64,000 nt of DNA, from assembly GCA_965248835.1 (NCBI GenBank), contig CBDFLJ010000001.1, positions 672,001 to 736,000 on the forward strand, read 5' to 3'. The position numbers and the translations under genes were made by a program. Every line of letters begins with the position of its first letter. Position 1 is the first letter of the stretch. The notes under the pieces were generated by a model. That model worked only from the letters and a program-made list of their open reading frames with translations. It searched no databases and had not been told where the DNA came from. This DNA is from Alphaproteobacteria bacterium. GTDB lineage: Bacteria; Pseudomonadota; Alphaproteobacteria; MPNO01. Shown in pieces: positions 1-11,173 of the stretch.

Positions 1-9
1 GAGACGCCG

Positions 10-1146
10 ATGAGCGTACCCCAGGACGCAGCCTTGCGGCGGACCCCGCTCAATGGGCTCCATCGCGCGCTCGGTGCCAAGATGGTGCCGTTCGCAGGCT
101 ACGAGATGCCGGTTCAGTACCCGGCCGGAATCCTCCGGGAGCATCTGCATACCCGGACGGCGGTCTCGCTGTTTGACGTCTCGCACATGGGCCAGATCAC
201 GCTCGGCGGGCCGGCGCGCGTCCCGGCCATCGAGGCGCTGGTGCCGGCCGATATCGAGGGGCTGGCGCCGGGTCGGATGCGCTACACGATGCTGACCAAC
301 GAGGCCGGCGGCATCATCGACGATCTGATCATCACCAATGTCGGCGACTACCTGTTTGTCGTCGCCAACGCCGCCCGCAAGGCCGAAGACATCGCCCATA
401 TCGCCTCCGCCCTGCCGGCCGGCTGCGCGCTCAATGAGCTTGCCGACCGGGCGCTGATCGCCCTGCAGGGTCCCCGCGCGGCCGAGGCGATCGCCGCGGT
501 CGCGCCTGAGGCCGCCGGGCTTGATTTCATGTCCGCCGCGCCGTTCGTGGTCGACGGCGTGCGGCTTGCGATCACGCGCTCGGGCTATACCGGCGAGGAC
601 GGATTCGAGATCTCGGTCCCGGCCGAAGACGCGGAAAAGATCGCCCACATCCTGCTCGAGGCGCCCGGCGTCGCCCCGGCCGGTCTGGGCGCGCGCGACA
701 CGCTGCGGCTGGAGGCCGGGCTCTGCCTCTATGGCCAGGACATCGGACCGGAGACCACTCCTGTCGAGGCCGGGCTTGCCTGGACCATTGCTCGGCGCCG
801 GCGGGAACAGAGAGGATTCCCGGGCGCGGACGTCATCACGGACCAGCTCGCCGCCGGGCCGCCGCGCCGGCGGATGGGGATCCTGCCCGACGGCGGTGCG
901 CCGGCACGCGGCCATACCGAGGTCCGGGACGCCGCCGGAATGCGGATCGGCGAAATCACCAGCGGCGGCTTCGGGCCCAGCCTCGGCGGCCCCGTCGCCA
1001 TGGGTTATATCGCCTCCGAGGCCGCGCGCGAGGGCGCACCGGTGCAGGTCGTCGTCCGCGGCAGGCCGCGGCCCGCGCGGCTGGCGAGACTGCCCTTCAT
1101 TCCGCACCGCTACGCAAAGCGCCAAGGAGGCTCCGCCAATGGCTGA
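10..1146 (+). CDS. gcvT: glycine cleavage system aminomethyltransferase T
   Basis: Motifs FAGYEMPVQY, LFDVSHMGQ, RSGYTGEDGFEI, GLGARDTLRLEAG; first gene of gcv cluster. Confidence 0.97.
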   Translation: MSVPQDAALRRTPLNGLHRALGAKMVPFAGYEMPVQYPAGILREHLHTRTAVSLFDVSHMGQITLGGPARVPAIEALVPADIEGLAPGRMRYTMLTNEAGGIIDDLIITNVGDYLFVVANAARKAEDIAHIASALPAGCALNELADRALIALQGPRAAEAIAAVAPEAAGLDFMSAAPFVVDGVRLAITRSGYTGEDGFEISVPAEDAEKIAHILLEAPGVAPAGLGARDTLRLEAGLCLYGQDIGPETTPVEAGLAWTIARRRREQRGFPGADVITDQLAAGPPRRRMGILPDGGAPARGHTEVRDAAGMRIGEITSGGFGPSLGGPVAMGYIASEAAREGAPVQVVVRGRPRPARLARLPFIPHRYAKRQGGSANG

Positions 1147-1513
1147 TCTCAGATACAGCGAAGATCACGAGTGGGTGCTCGTCGACGGCGACATCGCCGC
1201 CATCGGCATCAGCGACTATGCCCAGGAACAGTTGGGCGACGTGGTCTTCGTGGAGCTGCCGGAGCCCGGCAAAGCGGTCGCCAAGGGCGAGGAGGCCGCC
1301 GTCGTCGAATCGGTGAAGGCGGCGAGCGAGGTCTTCACCCCGGTCACCGGCGAAGTCGTGGCGGTCAACGGGCTGCTGGCCGAAGATCCCGGTTTGGTCA
1401 ACCGCGCGCCGACCTCCGAAGGCTGGTTCCTCAAGGTCCGCATGTCCAACCCGGGCGAGGTCGAGGGGCTAATGGACGCCGCCGCATACCAGACCTATAT
1501 CGGCACGCTCTAG
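1139..1513 (+). CDS. gcvH: glycine cleavage system H protein (124 aa)
   Basis: ATG at 1139 after AAGGAGG; [26 protein letters not shown], lipoyl-Lys motif VESVKAASE; C-terminal part of ORF 521..1513. Confidence 0.97.
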   Translation: MADLRYSEDHEWVLVDGDIAAIGISDYAQEQLGDVVFVELPEPGKAVAKGEEAAVVESVKAASEVFTPVTGEVVAVNGLLAEDPGLVNRAPTSEGWFLKVRMSNPGEVEGLMDAAAYQTYIGTL

Positions 1514-1535
1514 CGACGGCGGCGGGGAAACCGGT

Positions 1536-2879
1536 ATGCGCTATCTGCCGCTCACCGAAACCGACCGACGCGCCATGCTGTCGAGGATCGGCGCCACCGC
1601 AATCGATGACCTGTTCGGCGATGTGCCGCCCGCGGCCCGCGCGCCGGATTTCGACCTGCCCGAGCACGCGGGCGAGCTGGAGGTCGAGCGCGCGTTGGGC
1701 GCGCTTGCCGCGCGCAACGTGCCGGCCGGCTCGGTCCCGTTCTTCCTCGGCGCCGGGGCTTATCGCCATCATGTCCCCGCGAGCGTCGATGCGCTGATCC
1801 AGCGCGGCGAGTTCCTGACCTCCTATACGCCCTATCAGCCGGAGTTCTCGCAAGGCACGCTGCAGGCCCTGTTCGAGTTCCAGACCCAGGTCGCACTGAT
1901 CACCGGGCTCGATGTGGCAAACGCCTCGATGTATGACGGGGCTACGTCCTGCCTGGAGGCCGCGAGCCTGGCCACGCGGGTGACCGGGCGGTCCCGTGTC
2001 GTGCTTTCGGGCGGGCTCCATCCGCATTACCGCGCCGTCATCGAGACCGGCTTCGTTTTCCAGCCGGTCGATGTCGAGGCGCTTCCGTTCGACTATGACG
2101 GCATCGAGACGCCCGATGCCGCGATCGACGACAGCACCGCCTGCGTCGTGGTCCAGTATCCGGACTTCTTCGGCCGGCTGCGAGACCTCAGCGCGCTCGC
2201 CGGGGCCTGCCATCAGGCGGGGGCGCTGCTGGTGGTCGCGGTCACCGAAGCGGTCGCGCTCGGCCTGGTGCGTGCGCCGGGCGAGATGGGCGCCGATGTC
2301 GTCGCCGCCGAGGGCAAGTCGCTGGGCAACCCGCTGAGCTTCGGCGGGCCCTATGTCGGGTTGTTCGCCTGCCGCGAGAAGTTCGTCCGGCAGATGCCGG
2401 GCCGGCTCGCCGGCGAGGCACTGGATGCCGACGGCAACCGGGGCTGGGTGCTGACGCTGGCAACCCGCGAGCAGCACATCAGGCGCGAGAAAGCGACCAG
2501 CAACATCTGCACCAATTCCGGCCTGTGCGCGCTGGCGTTTTCGATCCATCTGAGTCTCTTGGGGGAAGAAGGCTTTTCGCAGCTTGCCCGGCTCAACCAC
2601 GCCGTCGCGGTCCAGCTTGCCGAGCGGCTCGACCGCCTCGACGGTGCGGCGGTGGTCAATCGGTCTTTTTTCAACGAGTTCACCCTCCGGCTCGACCGGC
2701 CGGCCGAGCCTGTGGTCGAGGCGCTGGCCGGGCGCGGGGTGCTGGGCGGGGTGCCGGTCTCGCGCCTGCTGCCCGATGAGGACGAAGCGGTCCCGTTGCT
2801 GCTGGTGGCCGCGACCGAGACCGCGACCGAGGCCGACATGGCGGCCTTCGAAGAGGCTCTGAGGAAGGTGCTGCGATGA
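1536..2879 (+). CDS. gcvPA: glycine dehydrogenase subunit 1
   Basis: MRYLP start, [48 protein letters not shown]. Confidence 0.96.
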   Translation: MRYLPLTETDRRAMLSRIGATAIDDLFGDVPPAARAPDFDLPEHAGELEVERALGALAARNVPAGSVPFFLGAGAYRHHVPASVDALIQRGEFLTSYTPYQPEFSQGTLQALFEFQTQVALITGLDVANASMYDGATSCLEAASLATRVTGRSRVVLSGGLHPHYRAVIETGFVFQPVDVEALPFDYDGIETPDAAIDDSTACVVVQYPDFFGRLRDLSALAGACHQAGALLVVAVTEAVALGLVRAPGEMGADVVAAEGKSLGNPLSFGGPYVGLFACREKFVRQMPGRLAGEALDADGNRGWVLTLATREQHIRREKATSNICTNSGLCALAFSIHLSLLGEEGFSQLARLNHAVAVQLAERLDRLDGAAVVNRSFFNEFTLRLDRPAEPVVEALAGRGVLGGVPVSRLLPDEDEAVPLLLVAATETATEADMAAFEEALRKVLR

Positions 2880-4396
2880 CCGGGCCGAGCCACCACGGGC
2901 TTCACTTCGAGGAGCCGCTGATCTTCGAGCAGGATGCGCTGGGGCGCTGCGGCGTCGATCTCCCCGAGCCGCCGACGGTCGCCGACAGGCTGGGCGGGCT
3001 CGGCCGGACCGGGGCGATCGGCCTGCCGGGCCTTTCCGAGCCGCAGGTCGTGCGCCATTACACCCGGATCAGCCAGAAGAACTACTGCATCGACAGCGGC
3101 CTCTATCCGCTGGGCTCGTGCACGATGAAACACAACCCCCGGCTCAACGAGAAGATGGCCCGCCTGGCCGGTCTTGCGGACATCCACCCACTGCAGCCGG
3201 TCTCCACCGTTCAGGGCGCGCTGGCGCTGATGCACCGGCTGACGGAATGGCTGAGGCAGCTCACCGGACTTCCCGCCATCGCCCTGTCACCGGCGGCGGG
3301 CGCCCACGGCGAATCGACGGGGCTGATGACCATCAGGGCGGCGCTGGAGGCCGGCGGTGCGGCGCGCCGCCGCGTGCTGGTGCCCGATTCCGCGCATGGC
3401 ACCAACCCGGCGAGCGCGGCGATGTGCGGCTACCAGGTCGCGTCCGTGCCGCTGAACGACCGCGGCCGGGTCGATCTCGCCGCGCTGCGCGCAGCCCTCG
3501 ACGAGGACGTCGCCGCGTTCATGCTCACCAATCCCAATACCTGCGGCCTGTTCGAGGACGAGATCCTGGAGCAGGCCGAGGCGGTCCACCGGGCCGGCGC
3601 CTACTTCTATTGCGACGGCGCGAACTTCAACGCCATCGTCGGGCGCGTCCGGCCGGCCGACCTCGGCATCGACTGCATGCACCTCAACCTGCACAAGACC
3701 TTTTCCACCCCGCACGGCGGCGGCGGGCCGGGCAGCGGGCCGGTCGCGCTGTCGGCGGCACTGGCCCGATTCGCGCCGGTGCCCTACGTAATCGAGGGTC
3801 CCGACGGCTTCACGCTGGTCGAGACCGAGAGCCAGAGCGCAACCGATGCCCGGCCGTTCGGCCGGATGAAAGGCTTCCACGGCCAGATGGGGATGTTCGT
3901 CCGGGCGCTCGCCTACATGATGAGCCACGGAATCGACGGGCTGCGTCAGGCTTCTTCGGATGCGGTGCTCAACGCGAACTATGTCCAGGCCAGCCTGGCC
4001 GATGTCATGAGCCCGGCCTATGACGGCCCGTGCATGCACGAGACCCTGTTTGACGACAGCTTCCTCAAGGGCACCGGGGTGACCACGCTCGACTTCTCCA
4101 AGGCGATGATCGATGCCGGTTACCATCCGGCGACCATCTACTTCCCGCTGGTCGTCCACGGCGCGCTGCTGGTCGAGCCGACGGAGACCGAGAGCAGGCA
4201 GAGCCTCGATCATTTCATCGCCACGGTCCGCGCCCTGGCCGAGCGCGCCAGGTCCGGCGATGCCGCACCGTTCCACGCCGCACCACAGGATGCGCCGCGG
4301 CGCCGCTTCGACGAGACCGAGGCCGCGCGGCATCCGAAACTGCGCTGGCGGCCCGAGACGGTCCCCGGTCAGGCCGCCGAACCGACGTTCAGTTGA
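2876..4396 (+). CDS. gcvPB: glycine dehydrogenase subunit 2
   Basis: [27 protein letters not shown]-Lys motif [18 protein letters not shown]; ATGA overlap with gcvPA. Confidence 0.96.
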   Translation: MTGPSHHGLHFEEPLIFEQDALGRCGVDLPEPPTVADRLGGLGRTGAIGLPGLSEPQVVRHYTRISQKNYCIDSGLYPLGSCTMKHNPRLNEKMARLAGLADIHPLQPVSTVQGALALMHRLTEWLRQLTGLPAIALSPAAGAHGESTGLMTIRAALEAGGAARRRVLVPDSAHGTNPASAAMCGYQVASVPLNDRGRVDLAALRAALDEDVAAFMLTNPNTCGLFEDEILEQAEAVHRAGAYFYCDGANFNAIVGRVRPADLGIDCMHLNLHKTFSTPHGGGGPGSGPVALSAALARFAPVPYVIEGPDGFTLVETESQSATDARPFGRMKGFHGQMGMFVRALAYMMSHGIDGLRQASSDAVLNANYVQASLADVMSPAYDGPCMHETLFDDSFLKGTGVTTLDFSKAMIDAGYHPATIYFPLVVHGALLVEPTETESRQSLDHFIATVRALAERARSGDAAPFHAAPQDAPRRRFDETEAARHPKLRWRPETVPGQAAEPTFS

Positions 4397-4871
4397 GCTG
4401 GTAAGGGAGTTCGGCCACCGCCTCGTCGATCAGCGCGCCGGCGCGGTCCTGACCGAGCCGATCGGCGATAACCCGGCCGGCCGCCGCGATCGCGACATCG
4501 ATGGCGACGTTGCGGACCTCGCGGACGGCGTCGTCCTCGGCCTGGGCGATCTTCTCGCGGGCCAGCGTCTCGCGGCGGTCGAGCACCCGGTCGAGGTTGG
4601 CGCCTGCCTCGGCGGTGACGCGCTCGGCCTCCGCGCGGGCCTGCTCGATCGTCAGCTCGGCCTCGCGCGCCGCATCGCGCTGCTTGCGCTGGTACTCGGC
4701 GAGCAGATGCTGGGCTTCCTCGCGCAAGGTGCGCGTGTCATCGAGCGCGGCCCTGATCCGGTCGCTGCGTGCATCGAGCGCGGAGGTCATCGCGCGCCCC
4801 ACCGGCCGCACGATGCCGACCACTAGGATGACGAAGCCGACCGCGACCCAGAATTCCGGGGTCTCGAACAT
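4389..4871 (-). CDS. atpF: F0F1 ATP synthase subunit b
   Basis: MFETPEFWVAVGF N-terminal TM helix then coiled coil; start overlaps the b' stop. Confidence 0.92.
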   Translation of the reverse strand: MFETPEFWVAVGFVILVVGIVRPVGRAMTSALDARSDRIRAALDDTRTLREEAQHLLAEYQRKQRDAAREAELTIEQARAEAERVTAEAGANLDRVLDRRETLAREKIAQAEDDAVREVRNVAIDVAIAAAGRVIADRLGQDRAGALIDEAVAELPYQLN

Positions 4872-5365
4872 CAGCGCCGCTCGGTGAGCGCGGCCGCGAC
4901 GCCCGCTTCGACCGCCTGGCGGTCGGGCGCCTGGCCGGTCAGGCGCGCAGCAGCCGCCTCGGCGATCTCGATAGCGATCGCCTCGACATTCTCCAGCGCC
5001 GCGGCGCGCGCAGCTTCGATCCTGCCTTCGCTGACCGCCGTTTCCTCGGCGATGCGCCGGCCGATCTCCTCGTGGCGCGCGGCCGCCCTGGCCGCGAAGG
5101 CGTCCGCACTCTCGCGCAGGATCGATTGGGCCTCGGCGCGGGTCCTGGCGGCGGCTTCCTCGTAGGCGGCGAGCACGCCGGCGGCCTCCTTCTTCAACGA
5201 CTCGGCCTTGTGCAGGTCGTCGTCCATCCGCTCCTGGCGCTGGGTCAGCACCTCGGTGATGCGCGGCAGCGCCGCGCGCCACAGGACCAGGTAGAGCAGG
5301 GCGAACGTGACCACCAGCCAGAAAGCCTGGCCGAGATAGGTGTCGATCTGTTCGAGCTGCGGCAT
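4871..5365 (-). CDS. atpF2: F0F1 ATP synthase subunit b'
   Basis: MPQL...QAFWLVVTFALLY...LPRI, typical alphaproteobacterial b'. Confidence 0.92.
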   Translation of the reverse strand: MPQLEQIDTYLGQAFWLVVTFALLYLVLWRAALPRITEVLTQRQERMDDDLHKAESLKKEAAGVLAAYEEAAARTRAEAQSILRESADAFAARAAARHEEIGRRIAEETAVSEGRIEAARAAALENVEAIAIEIAEAAAARLTGQAPDRQAVEAGVAAALTERR

Positions 5366-5397
5366 GGCGGCCCGCCGCGCCTAGAAGCTGCCGGCCA

Positions 5398-5622
5398 TCA
5401 GCCGAAGAGGATCACGAGGGCCACGACCAGCGCGAACAGCGCGATCGCCTCGACCAGCGCGAACCCGAGCATGGTCATCGGGAAGACATCGCCGCGTGCG
5501 GCCGGGTTGCGCGCGACCGCGGATATGAACGACGAGAAGATCGCCCCGATCCCCACGCCGGAGCCGACGACGCCGATGACCGCGAGGCCGGCGCCGATGA
5601 CCTTGGCTGCGTCTAGTTCCAT
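5398..5622 (-). CDS. atpE: F0F1 ATP synthase subunit c (74 aa)
   Basis: MELDAAKVIGAGLA...ARNP...GFALVEA with proton-binding Glu. Confidence 0.97.
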   Translation of the reverse strand: MELDAAKVIGAGLAVIGVVGSGVGIGAIFSSFISAVARNPAARGDVFPMTMLGFALVEAIALFALVVALVILFG

Positions 5623-5669
5623 TCTGTCCCCTCTTTCCGCAAGATGATGCCTTCGACGCCGGCGACCGC

Positions 5670-6407
5670 TCAGTGCAGGTGCAAGGCGTCGTTGATGTAA
5701 AGGCAGGTCAGGATCGCGAACACGTAAGCCTGCAGGAACGCGATCACCAGTTCGAGGCCACAGAGCGCGGCAACGAAGGCCAGCGGCAGGACCCCCAGCG
5801 CGCCGAGCGCCGGCACGAAGCCGGCGAAGACCTTCAACAGCGTGTGCCCGGCCAGCATGTTGGCGAACAGCCGGACCGACAGGCTGATCGGCCGCGACAG
5901 GTAGGAGATGATCTCGATCGGGATCAGGAGCGGCCACAGCGCAACCGAGACGCCGGGCGGCACGAAGAACGAGAAGAAATGGACGCCGTGCTTGATGAAG
6001 CCCAGGATCGTCACCCCGACGAAGACCACTGCCGCCAGCGCGAAGGTGACGATGATGTGGCTGGTGAAGGTGAAGCTGTAAGGGATCATCCCCAACAGGT
6101 TGCCGAACAGGACGAACATGAACAGCGTGAAGACAAACGGGAAATAGCGCCGCCCGTCGCCGCCGATGGTGTCGCGGATCAGGTTGACGATGAATTCGTA
6201 GCTGAGCTCCGCCATCGACTGCCAGCGACCGGGCACCAGCGCGCCCCGGCGCATGCCGAAAACCAGGAACAACGAGATCAGGACCAGCGCGATCACCATC
6301 ATCAGTGCGGAATTGGTGAACGACAGATCGGCGTCGCCGAGCCTGATCGGCACCAGTGTCTTGATCTCGAACTGGGACAGCGGGCCGTGATGCTCAGCGC
6401 TCGCCAC
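5670..6407 (-). CDS. atpB: F0F1 ATP synthase subunit a
   Basis: PLSQFEIK, RPISLSVRLFANMLAGH, LQAYVFAILTCLY; probable GTG start at 6407. Confidence 0.96.
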   Translation of the reverse strand: MASAEHHGPLSQFEIKTLVPIRLGDADLSFTNSALMMVIALVLISLFLVFGMRRGALVPGRWQSMAELSYEFIVNLIRDTIGGDGRRYFPFVFTLFMFVLFGNLLGMIPYSFTFTSHIIVTFALAAVVFVGVTILGFIKHGVHFFSFFVPPGVSVALWPLLIPIEIISYLSRPISLSVRLFANMLAGHTLLKVFAGFVPALGALGVLPLAFVAALCGLELVIAFLQAYVFAILTCLYINDALHLH

Positions 6408-6756
6408 GTTTTTTCGCCTCTTCCGCCTGCCGTCGGTCGGCGGCGTACCCGACACCTTGGCTCATGTTCGACATCACGCGATAGACATTCAGCATCCCCG
6501 CCGCCGCGCCGAGGACGAAAAAGACGATCAGCAACCACGGCGCGGTTCCGAGCCAGCCGTCGAGCAGCAGCCCGATCCCGACGCCCACCGCCAGCGCCGC
6601 GACCAGCTCGACACCGATCTTGAGAGCCTGGCTGAACCCCCTGCCGCGCTCGCGCGCTTCGGCCGCTGCCCGGTCCTCATCGGAATTATCGGCCCGTGCC
6701 CGCTTGAGCCGTGCATCCAGGTCCCGGAGGGATGGAGGAGGCTCGCGCTCGGCCAT
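6394..6756 (-). CDS. atpI: AtpZ/AtpI family ATP synthase accessory protein
   Basis: GVELVAALAVGVGIGLLLDGWLGTAPW...GMLNVYR; first gene of F0 operon. Confidence 0.9.
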   Translation of the reverse strand: MAEREPPPSLRDLDARLKRARADNSDEDRAAAEARERGRGFSQALKIGVELVAALAVGVGIGLLLDGWLGTAPWLLIVFFVLGAAAGMLNVYRVMSNMSQGVGYAADRRQAEEAKKRGER

Positions 6757-6832
6757 GGATCGACTGCGCTGGATACGTTGCGCCGTGGCGCCCGCGCCGC
6801 GGAACCGCAAGGCTCAAGGCGCAGGCGGGCGC

Positions 6833-6861
6833 ACGATACGGAGAGCCCCGCGGCCTGTCAA
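6833..6861 (-). promoter_or_regulatory. sigma70-type promoter of the F0 atp operon
   Basis: Minus strand reads TTGACA-17 nt-TATCGT, about 80 nt upstream of atpI. Confidence 0.75.
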
Positions 6862-6950
6862 GGACAATGCCCGACTCATCAACCCATTGAAATCACGAAT
6901 ATATTTTCGGCTCCGACGGTGCGGCAAAGCCGCGCATCACCGGCCCGCGC

Positions 6951-9900
6951 CTACGCCCGGTCGCGCAGCCGTTCGGCGGTCCCGAGGTCGACGGAAACGA
7001 GCTGGGAAACACCTTGCTCGGGCATGGTCACGCCGTAGAGCCGATCCATCCGCGCCATGGTCAGGCGGTGATGGGTGATCACCAGGAACCGTGTCTCGGT
7101 ATTGCCGGCGATCTCGCTCAAGAGATCGCAGAACCGGTCGACATTGTGATCGTCGAGCGCGGCATCGACCTCGTCGAGGACGCAGATCGGCGCCGGGTTG
7201 GTCAGAAAGACCGCAAACAGCAGCGAGATCGCCGACAACGCCTGCTCGCCGCCCGACATCAGCGACATCGTCTGCAGCCGCTTGCCCGGCGGGCTCGCCA
7301 TCACCTCGAGGCCGCACTCGAACGGGTCCTCGGCCTCGGTCAGTGCCAGCCGCGCGCTGCCGCCGTCGAACAGCCGCGTGAAAATCGTCCGGAAATGCCC
7401 GTCGATCGTCTCGAAGGCCCCCAGCAGCCGCTCGCGGCCCTCACGGTTGAGCCCGGCGATCCCCTGGCGCAGCTTGGCGATCGCGCCCACCAGGTCGTCG
7501 CGCTCCTCGTGCATCGCAGCAATCCGGGTGTCGAGCTCCGCCGCCTCGGTATCGGCGCGCAGGTTGACCGGACCCATGTTCTCGCGCTCGCGGAGATGGC
7601 GTTCCAGCCTGGCTTCCAGCGAGACGGCATCGGGGATCTCGGCGGTCTCGTCCAGGCCCGCGGCAGCGAGCGCGTCCTGCGGCGCGCAGCCCAGCCGCTC
7701 GCGCACCCGCTCGGCGACGGCCTCGATGGCCTGCTCCGCCTGGCCAAGCGCCGCCTCGCGGCGGACCCGCTCCTCGCGCTCCTCGGCGAGCCGCGCCTCG
7801 GCGGCGCGCAACGCGCGTGCACTCTGGTCGACCTGGGACTCGGCGTCGGCCAGGACGCCGGCGGCGCGGGTCCGGTCGGCCTCGGCCTCGGCGATCTCGC
7901 CCTCGATCGCGGCGCGCTTGCGCGCCAGGTCAGCCGGCCGGACGGCGAGCGATTCGCGCTCGGCGAGCGCGGTCTGGCGGCGTGAATCCAGGTCCTCGGC
8001 GTGCCGTGCCGCGTCTGCCGCGCGGCGGCGCCAGGACCCGATCTCGGCTTCGATCGCAGCGATCCGCCGCCGGCGTGCCTCGGCTTCGGCGACGTGGCGC
8101 TGATAGTCCTGGCGAGCCGCGTCGGCCTGCTCGCGCGACCGGGCCAGCCGGCTCCGCGCGGCGGCGAGCCCTTCGCCGGCGGCGGCGGGGTCCGGCAAGG
8201 CCGCGCGCTCCTTCCGCCCGGCAGCGAGCTGGGCATCGGCCGCTTCCAACTCGGCGTCGATCGCAGCCACCGCCTCGTCGTTCGACCGCTGATGCGCGCG
8301 CGCGGCCGCGAGACGGGACCGGAGATCGGATTCCGTCGTCTTGGCGCCGCTCAACGCCGCCTCGGCCAGGCGCAGCGCGTCGCGGGCGGCCCGGTCGGCA
8401 GCCACCGCATCGGCCAGCGCCCGGCCCGTCGTCTTTACCCGCGCGCCGGCCGCAGCAAGGTCCTCTTCGAGGCCGGTCAGGCAGGCGCGCAACGCGCCCA
8501 GGCGGTTGCGCTGGGCCATTCTGGTCGCGGCGGTCGTCGGCGTGCCCGCGGCGATGCGATACCCGTCCCAGCGCCACAGCGCGCCGGAGCGGGCAACCAG
8601 GCGCTGACCCTGGGCGATGCGGCCCACCAGCGCCTGGGCTGCCGCCTCGTCCTCGACCAGACCGATCTGGGCCAGCCGGCGCCGCAGCGCCGGCGGGGCC
8701 TCGACGACCTCGGACAGGGCGCGCGTGCCGGCGGGCAAGGCCGGCGCGTGCGCGTCCGGGCCGAGGTCGTGCCAATGGACGGGCGCAGCCGCATCCCCCG
8801 GCGCCAGGAGGTCGTCTCCAAGCGCGGTGCCAAGGGCAATCTCGTATCCCGGGCTCACCTTGACCACGTCGATCATCGGCGGCCAGAGGCCCGGCTCGCC
8901 GACCTCCAGCAGGGCTGCCAGCGCCGCGGTCTCGGCCTTGGCCCTGTCGGCGTCGGTCTCGGCGACGCGGAAGGCTTCGCGGGCAACGGCGGCGGCGTCC
9001 TCGGCGATGGCCCTGGCGTTCTCGGCCGCGGCCAGCGCCGCCTGTGCGGCTTGGAGTCGGTCGCCGGCCTCGGCGGTTTCCGCCCCGGCCGCGTCGAAGG
9101 CAGCCTCGAGCTCATCGACCGAGGACTGATCGGCCTGCGCTCCGAGCAGGTCGTCGCGCCGGGCGCTGTGCCGCACGCGCTGGGCTTCCAAAGCCTGCAG
9201 CCGGCGGTCGAGTTCGGTCCGGCGCGAGTCGATCTCGGCCAGCGCGCGCACTGCCTCGGCATGCTCCTCTTCGGCGGCAAGCACCGTCCGGTCGCACCCG
9301 GCGAGCCGTTCGGACAGCGTCTCGGCCGCCGCGGCGAGGTTGGCCTCCAGATCGCACAATTCGGTCTGCTCGGTGTCGAGCCGCGCAAGCGCCTCGTCCG
9401 CATCGGAGCGGCGGGTCCGCTCGCGCGCGAGGTCGCCATCGAGCTGTTCCAGCCGGTCGGCGAGCGCGGCCCGTGCTTCTTCGATCCTCCGGTTCTCCGC
9501 GTCGATCGCCTCGCGCGCCACCAGGAGGCGCTGAAGGGCCGCCGCCGCCTCGGCCTCCGCGCCGCGCAGACCCGGAAGCGCCGCGGCGCGGCTTTCCTGG
9601 TCGACCGTGGCGCGGGCGACCAGCCTGGTCGTCTCGGCAACCGTGTCCTCGGCCTCTGCAAGCGCCGCGCGGGCACCGGCCATGGCCTCGGTCGCCTCGC
9701 GCCAGCGGCGGTGGAACAGCATCGCCTCGGCGCGGCGGATATGGTCGCTGAGGTTCCGGTAGCGGCTGGCCTGCCGTGCCTGGCGCTTGAGTGCGCGGTG
9801 CTGGTCCTCCAGCGTGCCGATGACGTCGTCGAGCCGTTCGAGATTGGTCCCCGCGGCGTGCAGGCGCAGTTCCGCCTCGTGGCGCCTGGCGTGAAGCCCG

Positions 9901-10412
9901 GTGATTCCGGCCGCCTCCTCCAACACGCGGCGGCGCTCGGCCGGCTTGGCGTTGATCAGCTCGCCGATCCGCCCCTGGCTTACGATCGCGGTGGAGCGCG
10001 CGCCGGTGGAGGTATCGGCGAACAGCGTCTGGACGTCGCGCGCGCGCGCATCGCGCCCGTTGACCCGGAACAGCGACCCGCTGCCGCGCTCGATGCGGCG
10101 GCTCACGTCGATCTCGGCGCCCTGGTTATACGACGACGGCGCCGAGCGGTCGGCGTTGTCGATGCTGAGCAGGACCTCGGCGATGTTGCGCGGCGGCCGG
10201 TCGCTGGTGCCGGCGAAGATGACATCGTCCATCTCGCTGCCGCGCATCTGGGTGGGGGCGGCCTCGCCCATCACCCATCGCAGCGCCTCCACGATGTTCG
10301 ACTTGCCGCACCCGTTCGGGCCGACGATCCCGGTGAGCCCGGGATCGACGTGGATATCCGTCGGATCGACGAAAGACTTGAACCCGCTCAGGCGCAGCCG
10401 TGTGAAGTGCAA
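6951..10412 (-). CDS. smc: chromosome segregation protein SMC
   Basis: FKSF, Walker A GPNGCGKSN, long coiled coils, signature MSGGEQ, Walker B VLDEVDAALD, ITH; TTG start. Confidence 0.97.
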   Translation of the reverse strand: MHFTRLRLSGFKSFVDPTDIHVDPGLTGIVGPNGCGKSNIVEALRWVMGEAAPTQMRGSEMDDVIFAGTSDRPPRNIAEVLLSIDNADRSAPSSYNQGAEIDVSRRIERGSGSLFRVNGRDARARDVQTLFADTSTGARSTAIVSQGRIGELINAKPAERRRVLEEAAGITGLHARRHEAELRLHAAGTNLERLDDVIGTLEDQHRALKRQARQASRYRNLSDHIRRAEAMLFHRRWREATEAMAGARAALAEAEDTVAETTRLVARATVDQESRAAALPGLRGAEAEAAAALQRLLVAREAIDAENRRIEEARAALADRLEQLDGDLARERTRRSDADEALARLDTEQTELCDLEANLAAAAETLSERLAGCDRTVLAAEEEHAEAVRALAEIDSRRTELDRRLQALEAQRVRHSARRDDLLGAQADQSSVDELEAAFDAAGAETAEAGDRLQAAQAALAAAENARAIAEDAAAVAREAFRVAETDADRAKAETAALAALLEVGEPGLWPPMIDVVKVSPGYEIALGTALGDDLLAPGDAAAPVHWHDLGPDAHAPALPAGTRALSEVVEAPPALRRRLAQIGLVEDEAAAQALVGRIAQGQRLVARSGALWRWDGYRIAAGTPTTAATRMAQRNRLGALRACLTGLEEDLAAAGARVKTTGRALADAVAADRAARDALRLAEAALSGAKTTESDLRSRLAAARAHQRSNDEAVAAIDAELEAADAQLAAGRKERAALPDPAAAGEGLAAARSRLARSREQADAARQDYQRHVAEAEARRRRIAAIEAEIGSWRRRAADAARHAEDLDSRRQTALAERESLAVRPADLARKRAAIEGEIAEAEADRTRAAGVLADAESQVDQSARALRAAEARLAEEREERVRREAALGQAEQAIEAVAERVRERLGCAPQDALAAAGLDETAEIPDAVSLEARLERHLRERENMGPVNLRADTEAAELDTRIAAMHEERDDLVGAIAKLRQGIAGLNREGRERLLGAFETIDGHFRTIFTRLFDGGSARLALTEAEDPFECGLEVMASPPGKRLQTMSLMSGGEQALSAISLLFAVFLTNPAPICVLDEVDAALDDHNVDRFCDLLSEIAGNTETRFLVITHHRLTMARMDRLYGVTMPEQGVSQLVSVDLGTAERLRDRA

Positions 10413-10427
10413 GGCGCTCTATACCCT

Positions 10428-11102
10428 CTAGTCCTTGGACAGGATCGGCTCTATGACCGCGCGCACCTGGGCGAAATTCAGCCCGCCATTGTACTTGCGG
10501 CCGTCGATGATCAGTGTCGGCGTGGAGCTGATCTTGTAATCGCGCCCGCCGGCAAGCCGCTGCTCGAGCACGAAGCGCTGGACGGACTCGTCTTTGAGGC
10601 ACGCATCGAATCGCGCCTGCGACATGCCGCCCAGACGGGCGATCCGGCCGAGTGCCTGAACCGGGTCGCGCGCCTCCGACCAGCGGCTCTGGTCCTTGAA
10701 CAGGATGTCGATGAAGCCGAAATAGCGCTCGGGCCCGGCGCAGCGCGCCAGCATCGAGCCGGCCAGCGCCAGCCGGTCGAGCGGGAAGTCGCGGTAGATC
10801 AGCCGCGCCTTGCCGGTCTCGATATAGGCCTTTTTGATCTTCGGCAGCACCTGGCCGTGGAACTCCGCGCAGTGCGAACAGGTGAGCGAGGCGTATTCGA
10901 CGATGGTCACCGGCGCGTCGGCGTTGCCCAGAATCATGTCGGTGTCGACGACCGGGACCGCATCGAACCTGTCGTCCGGCTCGGGAGCGGTGCTCTGGGC
11001 GAGCACGCTCGCACTCAAGACCATTGCCGTGCAGAGCCCGGCAATAGCATAGGTGATCGACCGCGCGTGAGGCTTCAAGATGTTCCACATTACCCGTTCC
11101 AC
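10428..11102 (-). CDS. DsbA family thioredoxin-like protein
   Basis: Signal-like N-terminus; GNADAPVTIVEYASLTCSHC (CxxC), RDFPLD, STPT; start uncertain. Confidence 0.9.
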   Translation of the reverse strand: MERVMWNILKPHARSITYAIAGLCTAMVLSASVLAQSTAPEPDDRFDAVPVVDTDMILGNADAPVTIVEYASLTCSHCAEFHGQVLPKIKKAYIETGKARLIYRDFPLDRLALAGSMLARCAGPERYFGFIDILFKDQSRWSEARDPVQALGRIARLGGMSQARFDACLKDESVQRFVLEQRLAGGRDYKISSTPTLIIDGRKYNGGLNFAQVRAVIEPILSKD

Positions 11103-11173
11103 CCTACAACATATAGACGATTCAACGTGTCACCGTCCAGCAACCCGTAAGCCCGATTGTTGCCGTGACCCGG

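Noticed and set aside
4389-6756. ATP synthase operon lacking F1 genes, and split gcvP nearby
   Set aside because: Split F0/F1 operons with b and b', and gcvPA/gcvPB, are common in Alphaproteobacteria
8001-11150. 1049-aa plus-strand ORF and other long antisense or alternate-frame ORFs (e.g. 17587..19719, 28941..31256, 52772..55126)
   Set aside because: Shadows of well-supported genes, expected in high-GC DNA; R/G/A/P-rich with no motifs
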